A program made the translations under genes and the position numbers. The notes beneath the pieces were generated by a model. That model had not been told where the DNA came from. It saw only the letters and a program-made list of their open reading frames with translations, and made no database searches. Positions 32,255 through 42,098 of a stretch of 64,000 bases of DNA are shown piece by piece. Origin of the DNA: Candidatus Bathyarchaeota archaeon (GTDB lineage Archaea; Thermoproteota; Bathyarchaeia; TCS64); assembly GCA_963780545.1 (NCBI GenBank), contig CAWACK010000024.1:9589-73588 (forward strand). The letters run 5' to 3'. Positions within the stretch are counted from its first letter, which is position 1. The number at the start of each line of letters is the position of its first letter.

Positions 32255-33616
32255 ATGTCAATAACCGAGAAGCTTGCCCAATTCATAGTCGACACCGAAT
32301 ATGAGAACATCCCAGAAGAGGCAAAAACAAAGGCTAAACTTTGCATCATCGACTGCTTCGGAGCTTTACTAGCGGGTTCCGTGGAGCCCATAGGTAAACC
32401 GGTTAAGCGGTACATCGAAAGGATCAGAGGCAAAGAGGAGGCCACCGTCATCGGTCTCAAATCCAAAACTTCGACACAACTAGCTGCCTTCGCAAACGGT
32501 GTATTCGGTCACGTCCTCGACTACGACGACACTAACCAGATCTTCGTAGGACACGCCACAGTTGTTACTCTCCCCACGATAATAGCACTCGGAGAGGCGA
32601 TGGCGCTCACTGGCGAAGACATGATAACAGCCTATATGGTCGGCACCGAAGTCCAATGGAAACTAGGCGACGCATTAGTAACGTCGGGAAACCATTACAG
32701 TAAGGGGTGGCACTCAACGGGAACGGTAGGGACCTTTGGGGCAACCACTGCTGCTGGGAAATTACTCGGCCTCGACGTGGAGGAGATGACAAACGCCCTC
32801 GGGATAGCGGCATCGGAGGCAGCAGGTTTTCAGGAACAGTTCGGGACTCACTGTAAGTCTTTCCACGCTGGCAGAGCAAACGAGAACGGAATTACCGCAG
32901 CCCTACTCGCAAGCGAGGGATTCACGAGCTCAAAGACAGCCCTAGAGGGAAAACTTGGATACCTCCGAGTATCCACTGATCGATACGACACCGAGAAGAT
33001 AAACAACTTTGGGAAACCTTGGGGAATCTTAGAGTCCACCGTGGCGAGGGGAATCAACATGAAGAAGTATCCCGTATGCGGAGGAGGTGTAGGCAGTGTC
33101 GAGGGAATTCTATCACTCATTGAAGAATACGACTTACGGCCCGAGGAAGTGGAGTCGATAGAATGCCACCTTCGACCAAAGTACTCTGAGCTCCTCATGT
33201 ACCACGATCCGAAAACGGGTCTCGAGGCGAAGTTCAGCATGGAATACTGGATGGCGAGGGCCCTCCTAGACCGAAAACTGGAGCTCCAACAGTTCACAGA
33301 TGAGAAGGTCAAGGATCAGAAATCCAGGGAGCTAGTAAGGAGAGTAAATCTTATCCCAGACCCTGAGATGGAACACCCCTCATCGAAGGTTAGAATAATC
33401 GTAAAGACTAGAGACAACCGGTTGCTCGAAACATTATATTTTCCGCCGAAAGGAACACCCGAGAACCCGATGACTGAGAAGGAGCTGAAGGATAAATACA
33501 AGGAGTGCGCCGAATGGGGCGGAGTAGCCGGAGAAATAATCGAGGAATCCCTAAAGATACTCACAAAGATCGAAAAGTTGGAAGATGTTGGCGATCTCAT
33601 GAGGTTCATACAATAA
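32255..33616 (+). CDS. prpD: MmgE/PrpD family protein (2-methylcitrate dehydratase-like)
   Basis: 453 aa, PrpD family N-terminal pattern; divergent from prpB. Confidence 0.8.
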   Translation: MSITEKLAQFIVDTEYENIPEEAKTKAKLCIIDCFGALLAGSVEPIGKPVKRYIERIRGKEEATVIGLKSKTSTQLAAFANGVFGHVLDYDDTNQIFVGHATVVTLPTIIALGEAMALTGEDMITAYMVGTEVQWKLGDALVTSGNHYSKGWHSTGTVGTFGATTAAGKLLGLDVEEMTNALGIAASEAAGFQEQFGTHCKSFHAGRANENGITAALLASEGFTSSKTALEGKLGYLRVSTDRYDTEKINNFGKPWGILESTVARGINMKKYPVCGGGVGSVEGILSLIEEYDLRPEEVESIECHLRPKYSELLMYHDPKTGLEAKFSMEYWMARALLDRKLELQQFTDEKVKDQKSRELVRRVNLIPDPEMEHPSSKVRIIVKTRDNRLLETLYFPPKGTPENPMTEKELKDKYKECAEWGGVAGEIIEESLKILTKIEKLEDVGDLMRFIQ

Positions 33617-33702
33617 ATGGCCGGGTCATGACAACTCGAAACATCTATTAGACTCTTAAAAAATCCTACTGAGATTGATTCCATTACTCGTCAGTTTGAA
33701 GC

Positions 33703-34035
33703 TTAACTGAGATTGTTCTTGATGCTCTGCGTCAGCTCCCCGGCTATCTGTCTCCGCAACTCAGCCTCGCTCTTCTTGGCGGCATATAGACCCCTATGTC
33801 CACCTTTCCCCGTAGTTTCCTTATAGTCTAGGACATTAGATCTCGCCATCCTGTTTAGGGAGTTAATTATCGATGCCCTGCTTATCGTCAGCTTCTCACT
33901 GACAAGTTGCCATACTTCTCGTGATGTAAGGTACTCACCTTCTCTGCTCCAGAGTATCTGCAGAGCCTCTATCTCGTAGTCGAAGAAGACCGTTGCTAAT
34001 CCCTGCTTAGTCGAGTCGTATACCCAATCAGTCAT
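33703..34035 (-). CDS. winged-helix transcriptional regulator (PadR/MarR-like)
   Basis: 110 aa wHTH. Confidence 0.45.
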   Translation of the reverse strand: MTDWVYDSTKQGLATVFFDYEIEALQILWSREGEYLTSREVWQLVSEKLTISRASIINSLNRMARSNVLDYKETTGKGGHRGLYAAKKSEAELRRQIAGELTQSIKNNLS

Positions 34036-34266
34036 ATCAGGTCAACACTAATGACCTAAATATAAATTCATATGTGTAAATCGGTGGTCATTTTTTCCGG
34101 TACGCGTGCCGGTCAATAGAGATGTTAAAATTTACGAGAAATCTCATACTCCCTTCTTGATAGCCGCTCTCCACTGCGAAAATATTCGTAGGTTTGCGCG
34201 CACGAGTGTGTGAGTAACTGAAATTATTAGAGCTGTTTATTTTACTACAGAATTATTACTTTCGCT

Positions 34267-35478
34267 TCAGGTCTTTGGGCGAATGCTCCCATAAGTCTCC
34301 TTTGTGAAGATGACAATAACAACTATAGTGAATAAACTAAGCCCGAGGCTTATTATGTTGGGCATAAAGTAGCTTCCAGTAACGTCCACCAGGCTACCGT
34401 AAACTGGGGCAAGAAGGCTTGAGAGAATGATGCTCGTCCCATTCATCAGCCCCAATCCAATCCCAGTCTTCCCCGCGGGGAGCACCTCTCCACCCATACT
34501 GAAGAAGAGAACCCAGATGCTTCCACATAGGCACATTGCGCCCCATATTCCGGCGTAGACAGCCAAGTTGAGGCCCACTGGAGCGAAGATCATTACACCA
34601 AAGAGTATGCAGTTGGAGGTGGTAAAGATGATAACGGGGAGCCTTCTGCTTCTCAACCTATCGCTGATTACGCCAACGGATATGCAGCCTATAAAGCCAG
34701 CGACGGTCCCAAAGCTACTGACAACGCCTGCTTCGACGTATGTGAGTCCCTTCGTACTGATGAGGAACGGATTAATCCAGTTGTTGAGGATACCATTGAA
34801 ATCCAATAACACATAGATTAAAAGAATCATTAAGAAACGTCTGTCCACGATAGTCTCTCTGAAAGACTGGAGAATGCCTCGACGCGACTTCTTTGGAGAA
34901 GTAATATCCGCTGAGCCGTCCCTAAGATATAAATAATTCGTCCCCCAGTTGAGGAATAGCACCCCCATAATCACAAGGTACAGAACCCTCCAGTTCCCAA
35001 GGTAAGTCTCCGCGAGGGGAAATCCCATGTAACAGGTGAATGCTCCTACACCACTTGCTGCGCTGAGTATGCCTATGGCTGTCGCTTTCCTCTCCGGTGG
35101 GAACCAGCGAGTAATTATGGTGACCGCGTTGATGTAGAAGACGCTTGTCCCGATCCCCATGATGAATTGGGCCAAGAAGATTAACTCGTACCGGTAGCTA
35201 AGCCAGAAGAGTAGGCTTCCTATGCAGGTGAGTGCTGTAAACCCCAGTATAGCTTTGCGGGGTCCCATAACATCTGTGAGTACACCAGAAGGAAACTGCA
35301 TGACGCCGTATATGAGGTAGAAGGCTGTGATTAGGAGACCCATCTCGCCGAGACTGATTCCCATCTCCCGTATGAGCAGGGGTGATAGGGCGGAGGCTGA
35401 GTTACGGAGGAAGTTCTCTACAAAGTATGATACACAGAGCGTGGCAAGTATGAGAACTGCTTGCTTTGGCTTCTCCAA
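34267..35478 (-). CDS. MFS transporter
   Basis: 403 aa, 12 TM. Confidence 0.8.
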   Translation of the reverse strand: MEKPKQAVLILATLCVSYFVENFLRNSASALSPLLIREMGISLGEMGLLITAFYLIYGVMQFPSGVLTDVMGPRKAILGFTALTCIGSLLFWLSYRYELIFLAQFIMGIGTSVFYINAVTIITRWFPPERKATAIGILSAASGVGAFTCYMGFPLAETYLGNWRVLYLVIMGVLFLNWGTNYLYLRDGSADITSPKKSRRGILQSFRETIVDRRFLMILLIYVLLDFNGILNNWINPFLISTKGLTYVEAGVVSSFGTVAGFIGCISVGVISDRLRSRRLPVIIFTTSNCILFGVMIFAPVGLNLAVYAGIWGAMCLCGSIWVLFFSMGGEVLPAGKTGIGLGLMNGTSIILSSLLAPVYGSLVDVTGSYFMPNIISLGLSLFTIVVIVIFTKETYGSIRPKT

Positions 35479-35800
35479 GAGATCACTTAGGCTCGATAGA
35501 CGTGTCGGTTTGTCTTTTAAAATTAGTGTATTTCAAGCGTGATTGACCTGAGGGAGGCACAGGGTGAGGTATCGTGAAGAATATTCGAGAACATTAATAA
35601 CTGGTTAAGATCTTCTCTTCCACTTATCGAATGCGCCACTACCATGTCTTGCTCGCGAAAATAGGGCACGTTAATTCATAAATTAACCATAATCTATGTC
35701 AGTAATATTAATCCATAGAACTTTAATATTCACACACGTAGCGAATCCATATCTCTTAAAAACAAAAAAATGGCCATGAAGAGACATGGAAAAATCTGGC

Positions 35801-35962
35801 ATGGCCAAAAAGGAGCTCCATAGATGCGTCCACTGCCATAAAACACTCAATAACTTCATAGCCTATATCCCGGGCGAAGGCGAGTCATGCCTCAGATGCT
35901 TTACGGAATATGCTCAGAGTAAGGAAGTTTTGGCAATAACGTCCCTAGAGACTAAGAAATAA
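35801..35962 (+). CDS. small zinc-ribbon protein (53 aa, CxxC...CxxC)
   Basis: MAKKELHRCVHCHKTLNNFIAYIPGEGESCLRCFTEYAQSKEVL...; below the ORF-track length cutoff. Confidence 0.3.
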   Translation: MAKKELHRCVHCHKTLNNFIAYIPGEGESCLRCFTEYAQSKEVLAITSLETKK

Positions 35963-36145
35963 ACAATCTTCATGCACGCTCGTTTTTTCCTCGATCACAT
36001 CTTAAGGTCTTTATACGAAACGAAAACTTGAGAAGGCGTAAGGATCATCGCCTTCTACTAATCACGATTGATGCATTGAATCTATTACACCCATTTATCG
36101 ACGTAATGCCTTATCTAAACTCCCTCAATCTAGGCGAATTTTCCT

Positions 36146-36792
36146 GTGCTCCGAGTTTCATCCGCATTTTCCCATATCTGGCAACTTAAAGAATACTTGG
36201 AGAGAGTAAACAAATTAAAATCGCGTGCAGCATTTTCGCAGAGAGACGCCAAAGGTGTCAGAGATTTAAGGTTCATCTCGATACAATTAACGTATGTCCA
36301 CACACGTGTCAAGCGACTCTGCGAAGGAGAAGAGCTAGGAAAAAGCCAGATGACATAATAGACAGAAACAAAACCGACCAGACCGTAAAATCCGAGACGA
36401 GCTACTTCCTAAGCAAAGACTTCAAAAACCTCTACGGCCAAAAGCTGAAGAAAGACGAGATAACGTCGGCGCTATACGACCGACTTCTCAAGAAGCTGAA
36501 CGAGAGCTACGGCGCAGCCGTGGCGAACAACGGCTACCCTCCGCTCACGAGGGAGTACATGAGCCGCATGTTGATGTCGAAGAAGACTGGGGAAACGGTC
36601 GGCGACTACGTGGGTGCGACGATGAATACTCAGTATGGTAGGTTGGAGAGGCTGGAGAAGGAGAGGGCGGGTATGACTGATGAGATGAGGGTTCGTGTGG
36701 ATCAGGCGAAGATGGCGGAGCAGTCGGCGCAGGTTCGTCAGGAGAAGAGGCGTGACCGGGTTAACCCGAAGGGGGGAAGGGGAGCAGTCTGA
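36146..36792 (+). CDS. hypothetical protein, possibly two frames joined by a frameshift (36146..36358 and ~36360..36792); 3' part in a G/T-ending codon island
   Basis: The frame containing 36520..36792 is open from 36190 with protein-like sequence but no ATG. Upstream ORF 36146..36358 ends where the second frame becomes protein-like. Confidence 0.25.
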
Positions 36793-37202
36793 GGGGCTTT
36801 TGAATCTGCGGTCAGCGCGTGGTTTAGAAGCTTCAAATTAGATAGAGAAGTTCAGGTTTGATACTATCGAGAGTTTTACCGGGAAAACGGGTGATCTTTC
36901 AACGGCCTTGAAGAGTCAATAATCGTGTGCATTTAGTTACGATGCTGGATATGGGTGATTCCTTGGGTGAATTATTATCCATCAATCGGTGTCTTCGATT
37001 CGAACATACTTCTAAAAAAAGATCTTTACTCATCCTTTATACATCTTCTCGAACTAAATGAACTCGTTTTAGACTCGTTTTCCTAGAAAAGTTATCTTAA
37101 CAGAGATGAGCGCTAGAGTGCTCGATCCCCGTGAATGAACTCTTACATAAAATGCGCGCGTGTTTAAATTCAAGGAATATTTAGGCAACATAGATAGATT
37201 TC

Positions 37203-38216
37203 TTGACCCTTATGAGAGCAATTCAAGTTAGAGCGCCTGGATCCGACTTTGAGCTGGTTCAAAAGGAAATCCCTGAACCAAAAGAACACGAAGTTCTCCT
37301 AAAAGTGGAAGCCTGTGGCATCTGTCACGGCGACGCCATCGTCAAGCAGGGATATTTCCCTGGTCTACAATATCCACGAACGCCCGGTCATGAGGTTGTT
37401 GGAACAATTGCCAAGTTGGGTTCAGAATCGCGATATTGGAAACTTGGGCAAAGAGTTGGGGTTGGCTGGCGTGGAGGGCACTGTAATAAATGCAATTCGT
37501 GCCTAAAAGGCGATTACTGGGCTTGTGAAAGCCCCTTGGCTACTGGCATTTCAATCGACGGCGGATATGCCGAGTACATGGTTGCCCGCATGGAAGTACT
37601 AACTGCTATTCCGGATGAAATATCATCGGCGGAGGCCGCGCCTCTGCTCTGTGCAGGTGCAACAACGCTAGGCGCTTTGAAAAGCAGCTCAGCCAAAGGC
37701 GGAGACCTAATAGCGATTCATGGTTTTGGTGGTCTAGGTCACTTGGCTCTTCAGTTTGCTGTCAGGCTTGGCCTTAAGCCCGTAGTCATTTCACGGGGCA
37801 AGGAAAAGGAAGAGTTAGCGCGTAAACTGGGCGCTAAAATTTACATAGACTCAAACACAGCCAACGCCGCGAATGAGCTGATGAAGCTTGGCGGTGCCCG
37901 TGTCATCATTTGCACAGCGCCGAACAGTAAAGCCATCGGAGAACTAGTCGGAGGGTTGGCCCGCAACGGGCAACTTATAATCATAACCTACGTTGACGAA
38001 CCCATCGAGATTTCGCCAAGCCAACTCATGAGGGGAGTACGATCCGTCGCTGGCTGGGTTGGAGGAAACGCCACTGATACGCTGAATTTTAGCGTTCACA
38101 CACACGTTCTCCCAATGGTGGAGGTTTTCCCTCTGGAGCAAGCTGCTTTAGCATTCGAACGTATGATGTCTGCTAAGGTTCATTTCCGAGCAGTCTTGAA
38201 AATAGGAGAGGCTTGA
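37203..38216 (+). CDS. zinc-dependent alcohol dehydrogenase (MDR family)
   Basis: GHEVVG, catalytic/structural Zn Cys clusters (C...CNKCNSC), GxGxxG. Confidence 0.85.
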   Translation: MTLMRAIQVRAPGSDFELVQKEIPEPKEHEVLLKVEACGICHGDAIVKQGYFPGLQYPRTPGHEVVGTIAKLGSESRYWKLGQRVGVGWRGGHCNKCNSCLKGDYWACESPLATGISIDGGYAEYMVARMEVLTAIPDEISSAEAAPLLCAGATTLGALKSSSAKGGDLIAIHGFGGLGHLALQFAVRLGLKPVVISRGKEKEELARKLGAKIYIDSNTANAANELMKLGGARVIICTAPNSKAIGELVGGLARNGQLIIITYVDEPIEISPSQLMRGVRSVAGWVGGNATDTLNFSVHTHVLPMVEVFPLEQAALAFERMMSAKVHFRAVLKIGEA

Positions 38217-38217
38217 A

Positions 38218-38931
38218 ATGAGCGAAATACTTAATATCCTTAAGGAAAGGCAATCTGAAAGGGTCCCATTCGATCCGAATCATCCTGTGTCAAAAGAAAA
38301 CCTGGAGCAGATCCTAGAAGCTGGGAGTTGGGCACCAACCGCGCATAACATGCAGAACTTCGATATCGTAGCAGTTGACAAAAAAGAGGTTCTGGAGAAA
38401 ATAGGAAATATCAGATCCTGTATTTCAGAGGTGTTCCTGCGCGAGAACTATGAACAGCTCTCATTCTCAAAAGAGGAGTTGCTGAGAAAGAAAACAGGAA
38501 TCTTGGGTACAATGTTTCCTCCATCTTGGGTAGACCCCTCGAAAATAGTGGAAACAGTCCGAGAAAGCTCACCTATGCCACTGACCCAATCCATCAGAGG
38601 CAGCCCACTGCTCCTGATAGTGGTCTATAATCCCCTAAAGAGGGCTCCTGCTTCTGAAGGTGATGTCTTGGGTTTCATGAGTCTCGGATGTGTTATGCAG
38701 AACATGTGGCTTATGGCGTATTCTCTGGGTATTAGCCTACAGGTTTTAAGCACATTCGCCGCGCCGCTCATAGAAAAAGAAGTAAAAAAAATTCTCGACA
38801 TTCCTGAACCTCTAAAGATTGCCTATGCTTGTCGCTTAGGATACCCTGCAGGTGCAACAAAATACCTGAGAGTACGCCGCGACATAGAAGATTTCACTCA
38901 CCACAACAGGTTCGGAAACAAGGACACATGA
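38218..38931 (+). CDS. nitroreductase-family protein
   Basis: N-terminal R-x-S-x-R FMN-binding pattern; starts 2 nt after the ADH stop. Confidence 0.75.
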   Translation: MSEILNILKERQSERVPFDPNHPVSKENLEQILEAGSWAPTAHNMQNFDIVAVDKKEVLEKIGNIRSCISEVFLRENYEQLSFSKEELLRKKTGILGTMFPPSWVDPSKIVETVRESSPMPLTQSIRGSPLLLIVVYNPLKRAPASEGDVLGFMSLGCVMQNMWLMAYSLGISLQVLSTFAAPLIEKEVKKILDIPEPLKIAYACRLGYPAGATKYLRVRRDIEDFTHHNRFGNKDT

Positions 38932-39009
38932 AAAGCAGTAGAGCGCCAACTCAATGTCTAGCTCTCTAAGAGATCTACACCGTTCACGCAATAAAGGTTC
39001 AAAATAACC

Positions 39010-39381
39010 CTAAGCTGTTTTATTACCTGATTCTCGTAGGTCACGAAGCATCTGGTCGAACTGCTCCTTCGAGATCTCACCACGTGCGTACCTCTGCCTG
39101 AGTATCTCCTCGGCGTCAAAATTGCTCCACCGATAACCAGTTTGACGGCCCCTCGAGCCCCAAAACGCGAACCTAACAACCATAAATGCCAAAATGAAGA
39201 GGAACACGACCCCGAATAAGCCAAGCCCAAATCCCCCAAACCCAACCAACGGCATCCCATAACCATACCTGTAGAAGAGCCCGAATCTCAAGAAAGAGAC
39301 CACGAACAATAACAAACCAAAGATAAGAATCAGCACCCCGAACCCAATAAAGGCCCACCTCAATGGATGAGGTCTATACAT
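39010..39381 (-). CDS. SHOCT-domain membrane protein
   Basis: Two TM helices plus C-terminal EEILRQRYARGEISKEQFDQMLRDL SHOCT motif. Confidence 0.7.
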   Translation of the reverse strand: MYRPHPLRWAFIGFGVLILIFGLLLFVVSFLRFGLFYRYGYGMPLVGFGGFGLGLFGVVFLFILAFMVVRFAFWGSRGRQTGYRWSNFDAEEILRQRYARGEISKEQFDQMLRDLRESGNKTA

Positions 39382-39557
39382 ACTCGTTCTAACTCGCTTG
39401 GAGACTCCGACCTATAAACTATGGTTAAAATACGCTGAAAAAGGAACCCGCCAGCAAGATCAACACCGCATACTTGGTAAACACAATATCTCCACTCCCG
39501 AACACGCGAATTTCTAGCTAACTCTTATATGTACTTCCGTAAATGAGGTGAAACAAT

Positions 39558-40339
39558 TTGTTAGACGCTATTCTCATCCTAAAGGTCGCAATAGTCCCAG
39601 TACTGATCTTGGGCACAAGCTTCGCCGGTATCCGCTGGGGACACACAGTCAGCGGATGGCTCGTAGGCTGCCTCTCACCTCCGCACCGGTTATCTTCATC
39701 CTTTCCCTCGAACAGGGAGTTACCTTCGCTTCAATATCGGCTGAGGGTACAATCCTCGGCCTAGTCTCTTTATCGGCTTTCTCCTTAGCCTACAGCTGGT
39801 TATCGCTTCGCCTGAGAATCAGCTGGATCTATTCGCTATTACTCTGCTGGTGTATTTTCTTCTTATCATCCTTAATTTTAGAGAATTTCTCTGCAACCCT
39901 TTCAGCCTCATTTGTTGGCGTAGTTGCCTGGTTACTTATTGTTGCAAAGATCTTTCCAAAGTCAGGTAACCCTACTGAACGAGCCACATCGATGGGTGTT
40001 GGATGGGATATCCCAGTGCGCATGATAGCCGCGACGTTACTAGTTCTAATAATCACCGAGGTCGCTCCATCACTGGGTTCAAAACTAAGTGGCCTATTAA
40101 CCCCCTTCCCAGTATACACGAGTATCCTAGCTGCGTCTATACAACGCAGAAATGGAGCAGCCTCGGCGGTTCAGTTTGTACGTGGGGCGACTATTGGCCT
40201 CTTCACGCCAGCCGTCTTCTTTTTAATAGTTGGTTCCCTGATCGAGGGGTGGGGTGTTGTCGTGTCATTCGTGTTGGCCACCGTGGCATCAATCATTATC
40301 CACTGGTTTCTACTCGGAATTCTTAGTAAATCGAGTTAG
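39558..40339 (+). pseudogene. integral membrane protein with apparent frameshift near 39670
   Basis: ORF 39558..39764 begins as a TM protein (MLDAILILKVAIVPVLILG...). The hydrophobic continuation is in the frame of ORF 39548..40339 from ~39675. Confidence 0.45.
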
Positions 40340-40465
40340 GGTTTTTTTAATTTATTGAATGCGTGCTCTTGAGTTTATAGTCTAAAATACCGTGGAATGT
40401 TAGATGACTAACATGCGCGCACATACCTCATGAATTTTTAAAGATGTTGCCTCATGGGTTAACTG

Positions 40466-41284
40466 GTGTACAATCTGGGCGATACTAAGAACTCCGTTTG
40501 GCGTATCCTAATCGTGTTTCTATTGCTAGCATCTATGATTCTAGTAAGCGTATTTTTGTTCGATGAACTAGTAGCCCCTAAAATTATTCCAAATTTATTA
40601 TTCCTACAGACTCTGAGAGTCATAATAGTTCTAGCGACAATGGCTATCGCGGTATTCATAGTAAGGAGAGTAAAGAAACTCATCTTCGGAAAGAGGACAA
40701 ACGCCGCAAATTTCTTCGAGTTTGCAATGATGGCGCTAATCTTTATCTTGTCAGCGTTCCAGCTGCTGCACATCTTCCACGTTGACACGAATACGTTGTT
40801 AATCAGCGGAGGCATTATCTCGATCACTGTGGGACTTATTGTATCAACATTTGTGGGCGATACCCTCGCGGGTATGCTGGTATTCCTCTTAAACCTTTAC
40901 CACGTAGGAGACATGGTCCTCGTCAACAACATACCATGCAAAGTGGAGGAGATGAGCGCCCTCGTGACGAGGTTTAGAAACGCAGCCGGAGGAATGCTCT
41001 CAGTGCCTAACACAGCGATCTCACAGGGAGGCGTCATAGTCACACGATTCCCCGATCAACAAGATGGATCCACTTTAAACAGACTACCCTACGTCAAGGG
41101 TGACCGTATCTACACAACGTACATGAACGCTGAGGGAGTCGTTGAGGAACTTGACTCGATCCACACTCTAATAAAACTCGACTCAGGGATGGAGCTATCC
41201 TTCCTAAACAATAGCGTACTCATGGGTTCCATCGCAGTCGCAAGAATCGTGATAGATAAAAATCCAGAGAAAAAAACAAGTTAA
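40466..41284 (+). CDS. MscS-family mechanosensitive channel
   Basis: TM helices followed by conserved MscS beta-domain. Confidence 0.8.
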   Translation: MYNLGDTKNSVWRILIVFLLLASMILVSVFLFDELVAPKIIPNLLFLQTLRVIIVLATMAIAVFIVRRVKKLIFGKRTNAANFFEFAMMALIFILSAFQLLHIFHVDTNTLLISGGIISITVGLIVSTFVGDTLAGMLVFLLNLYHVGDMVLVNNIPCKVEEMSALVTRFRNAAGGMLSVPNTAISQGGVIVTRFPDQQDGSTLNRLPYVKGDRIYTTYMNAEGVVEELDSIHTLIKLDSGMELSFLNNSVLMGSIAVARIVIDKNPEKKTS

Positions 41285-41587
41285 TACCCTATTTCGAAGC
41301 ACACGCGCACGTTAAAGTTTCATGCGTGCGACAGAATAATTGAATTATGCTATTCAATCCGTAAATTCAAACCCTATCTCCTACCAACAGAACTTATTGA
41401 GCAAATCATAAAAGTCTACTAATTTCTTACATGTGTGTAGTCTCATCAATATGAAAAGTAGCTGAACGCGAACCCGATAGATCCATTTTCTATCTTTAAT
41501 GTTTATGCAAATAAACCAAAACCCTACGGAGAATGAAAAGCGTGAAAATGCGCCAATAATATGTAAGCCAGGGGAGGGTTAAAGTGG

Positions 41588-41920
41588 ATGGATTTTCACA
41601 ATCTAAGTATGTTCGAATGTGGTGTTTGCGGAGAACACGTGGAAAAGCTTTATGTGTGCAGGAACTGCGGCGTAAAGTTCTGCGAAGAAGATGGCTCACC
41701 CGAAAAGAACCTTTGCATAAACTGTTCAGAGATAGACAAGGAAAATCTTGAAGGAGAACATGAGGAGGAACGCGAGAAAGAACACGAAGAGGAAGAATCA
41801 GAAAAAGAAGAGGAAGAGAACCGGGAGGATGATAGAGAAGATAAGGAGGAATGGGAAAAAGAGGAAGAGTATTCAGTAGAGTCTCCTGAAGAAAAGGAAG
41901 AAGGCGAAGACGAAAACTAA
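41588..41920 (+). CDS. zinc-ribbon protein with highly acidic Glu-rich tail
   Basis: CGVCG...CRNCG...CINC then (E/K)-repeats. Confidence 0.5.
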   Translation: MDFHNLSMFECGVCGEHVEKLYVCRNCGVKFCEEDGSPEKNLCINCSEIDKENLEGEHEEEREKEHEEEESEKEEEENREDDREDKEEWEKEEEYSVESPEEKEEGEDEN

Positions 41921-42098
41921 AAGATTATAGACATTAATTAACGAGGGAGAAGTCGCTGCTCTCTTGAAGGATTTGGGTTTTAATCGCTGGCGGATCCATA
42001 TTGCCCAAAAAAAGGTCAGATCTGACCATGAAGGCGACGAAGCCCCACACGTCAAATGTGTTGATAGCATCCTGGAAGTAACAATGGTTTATTAGCGC

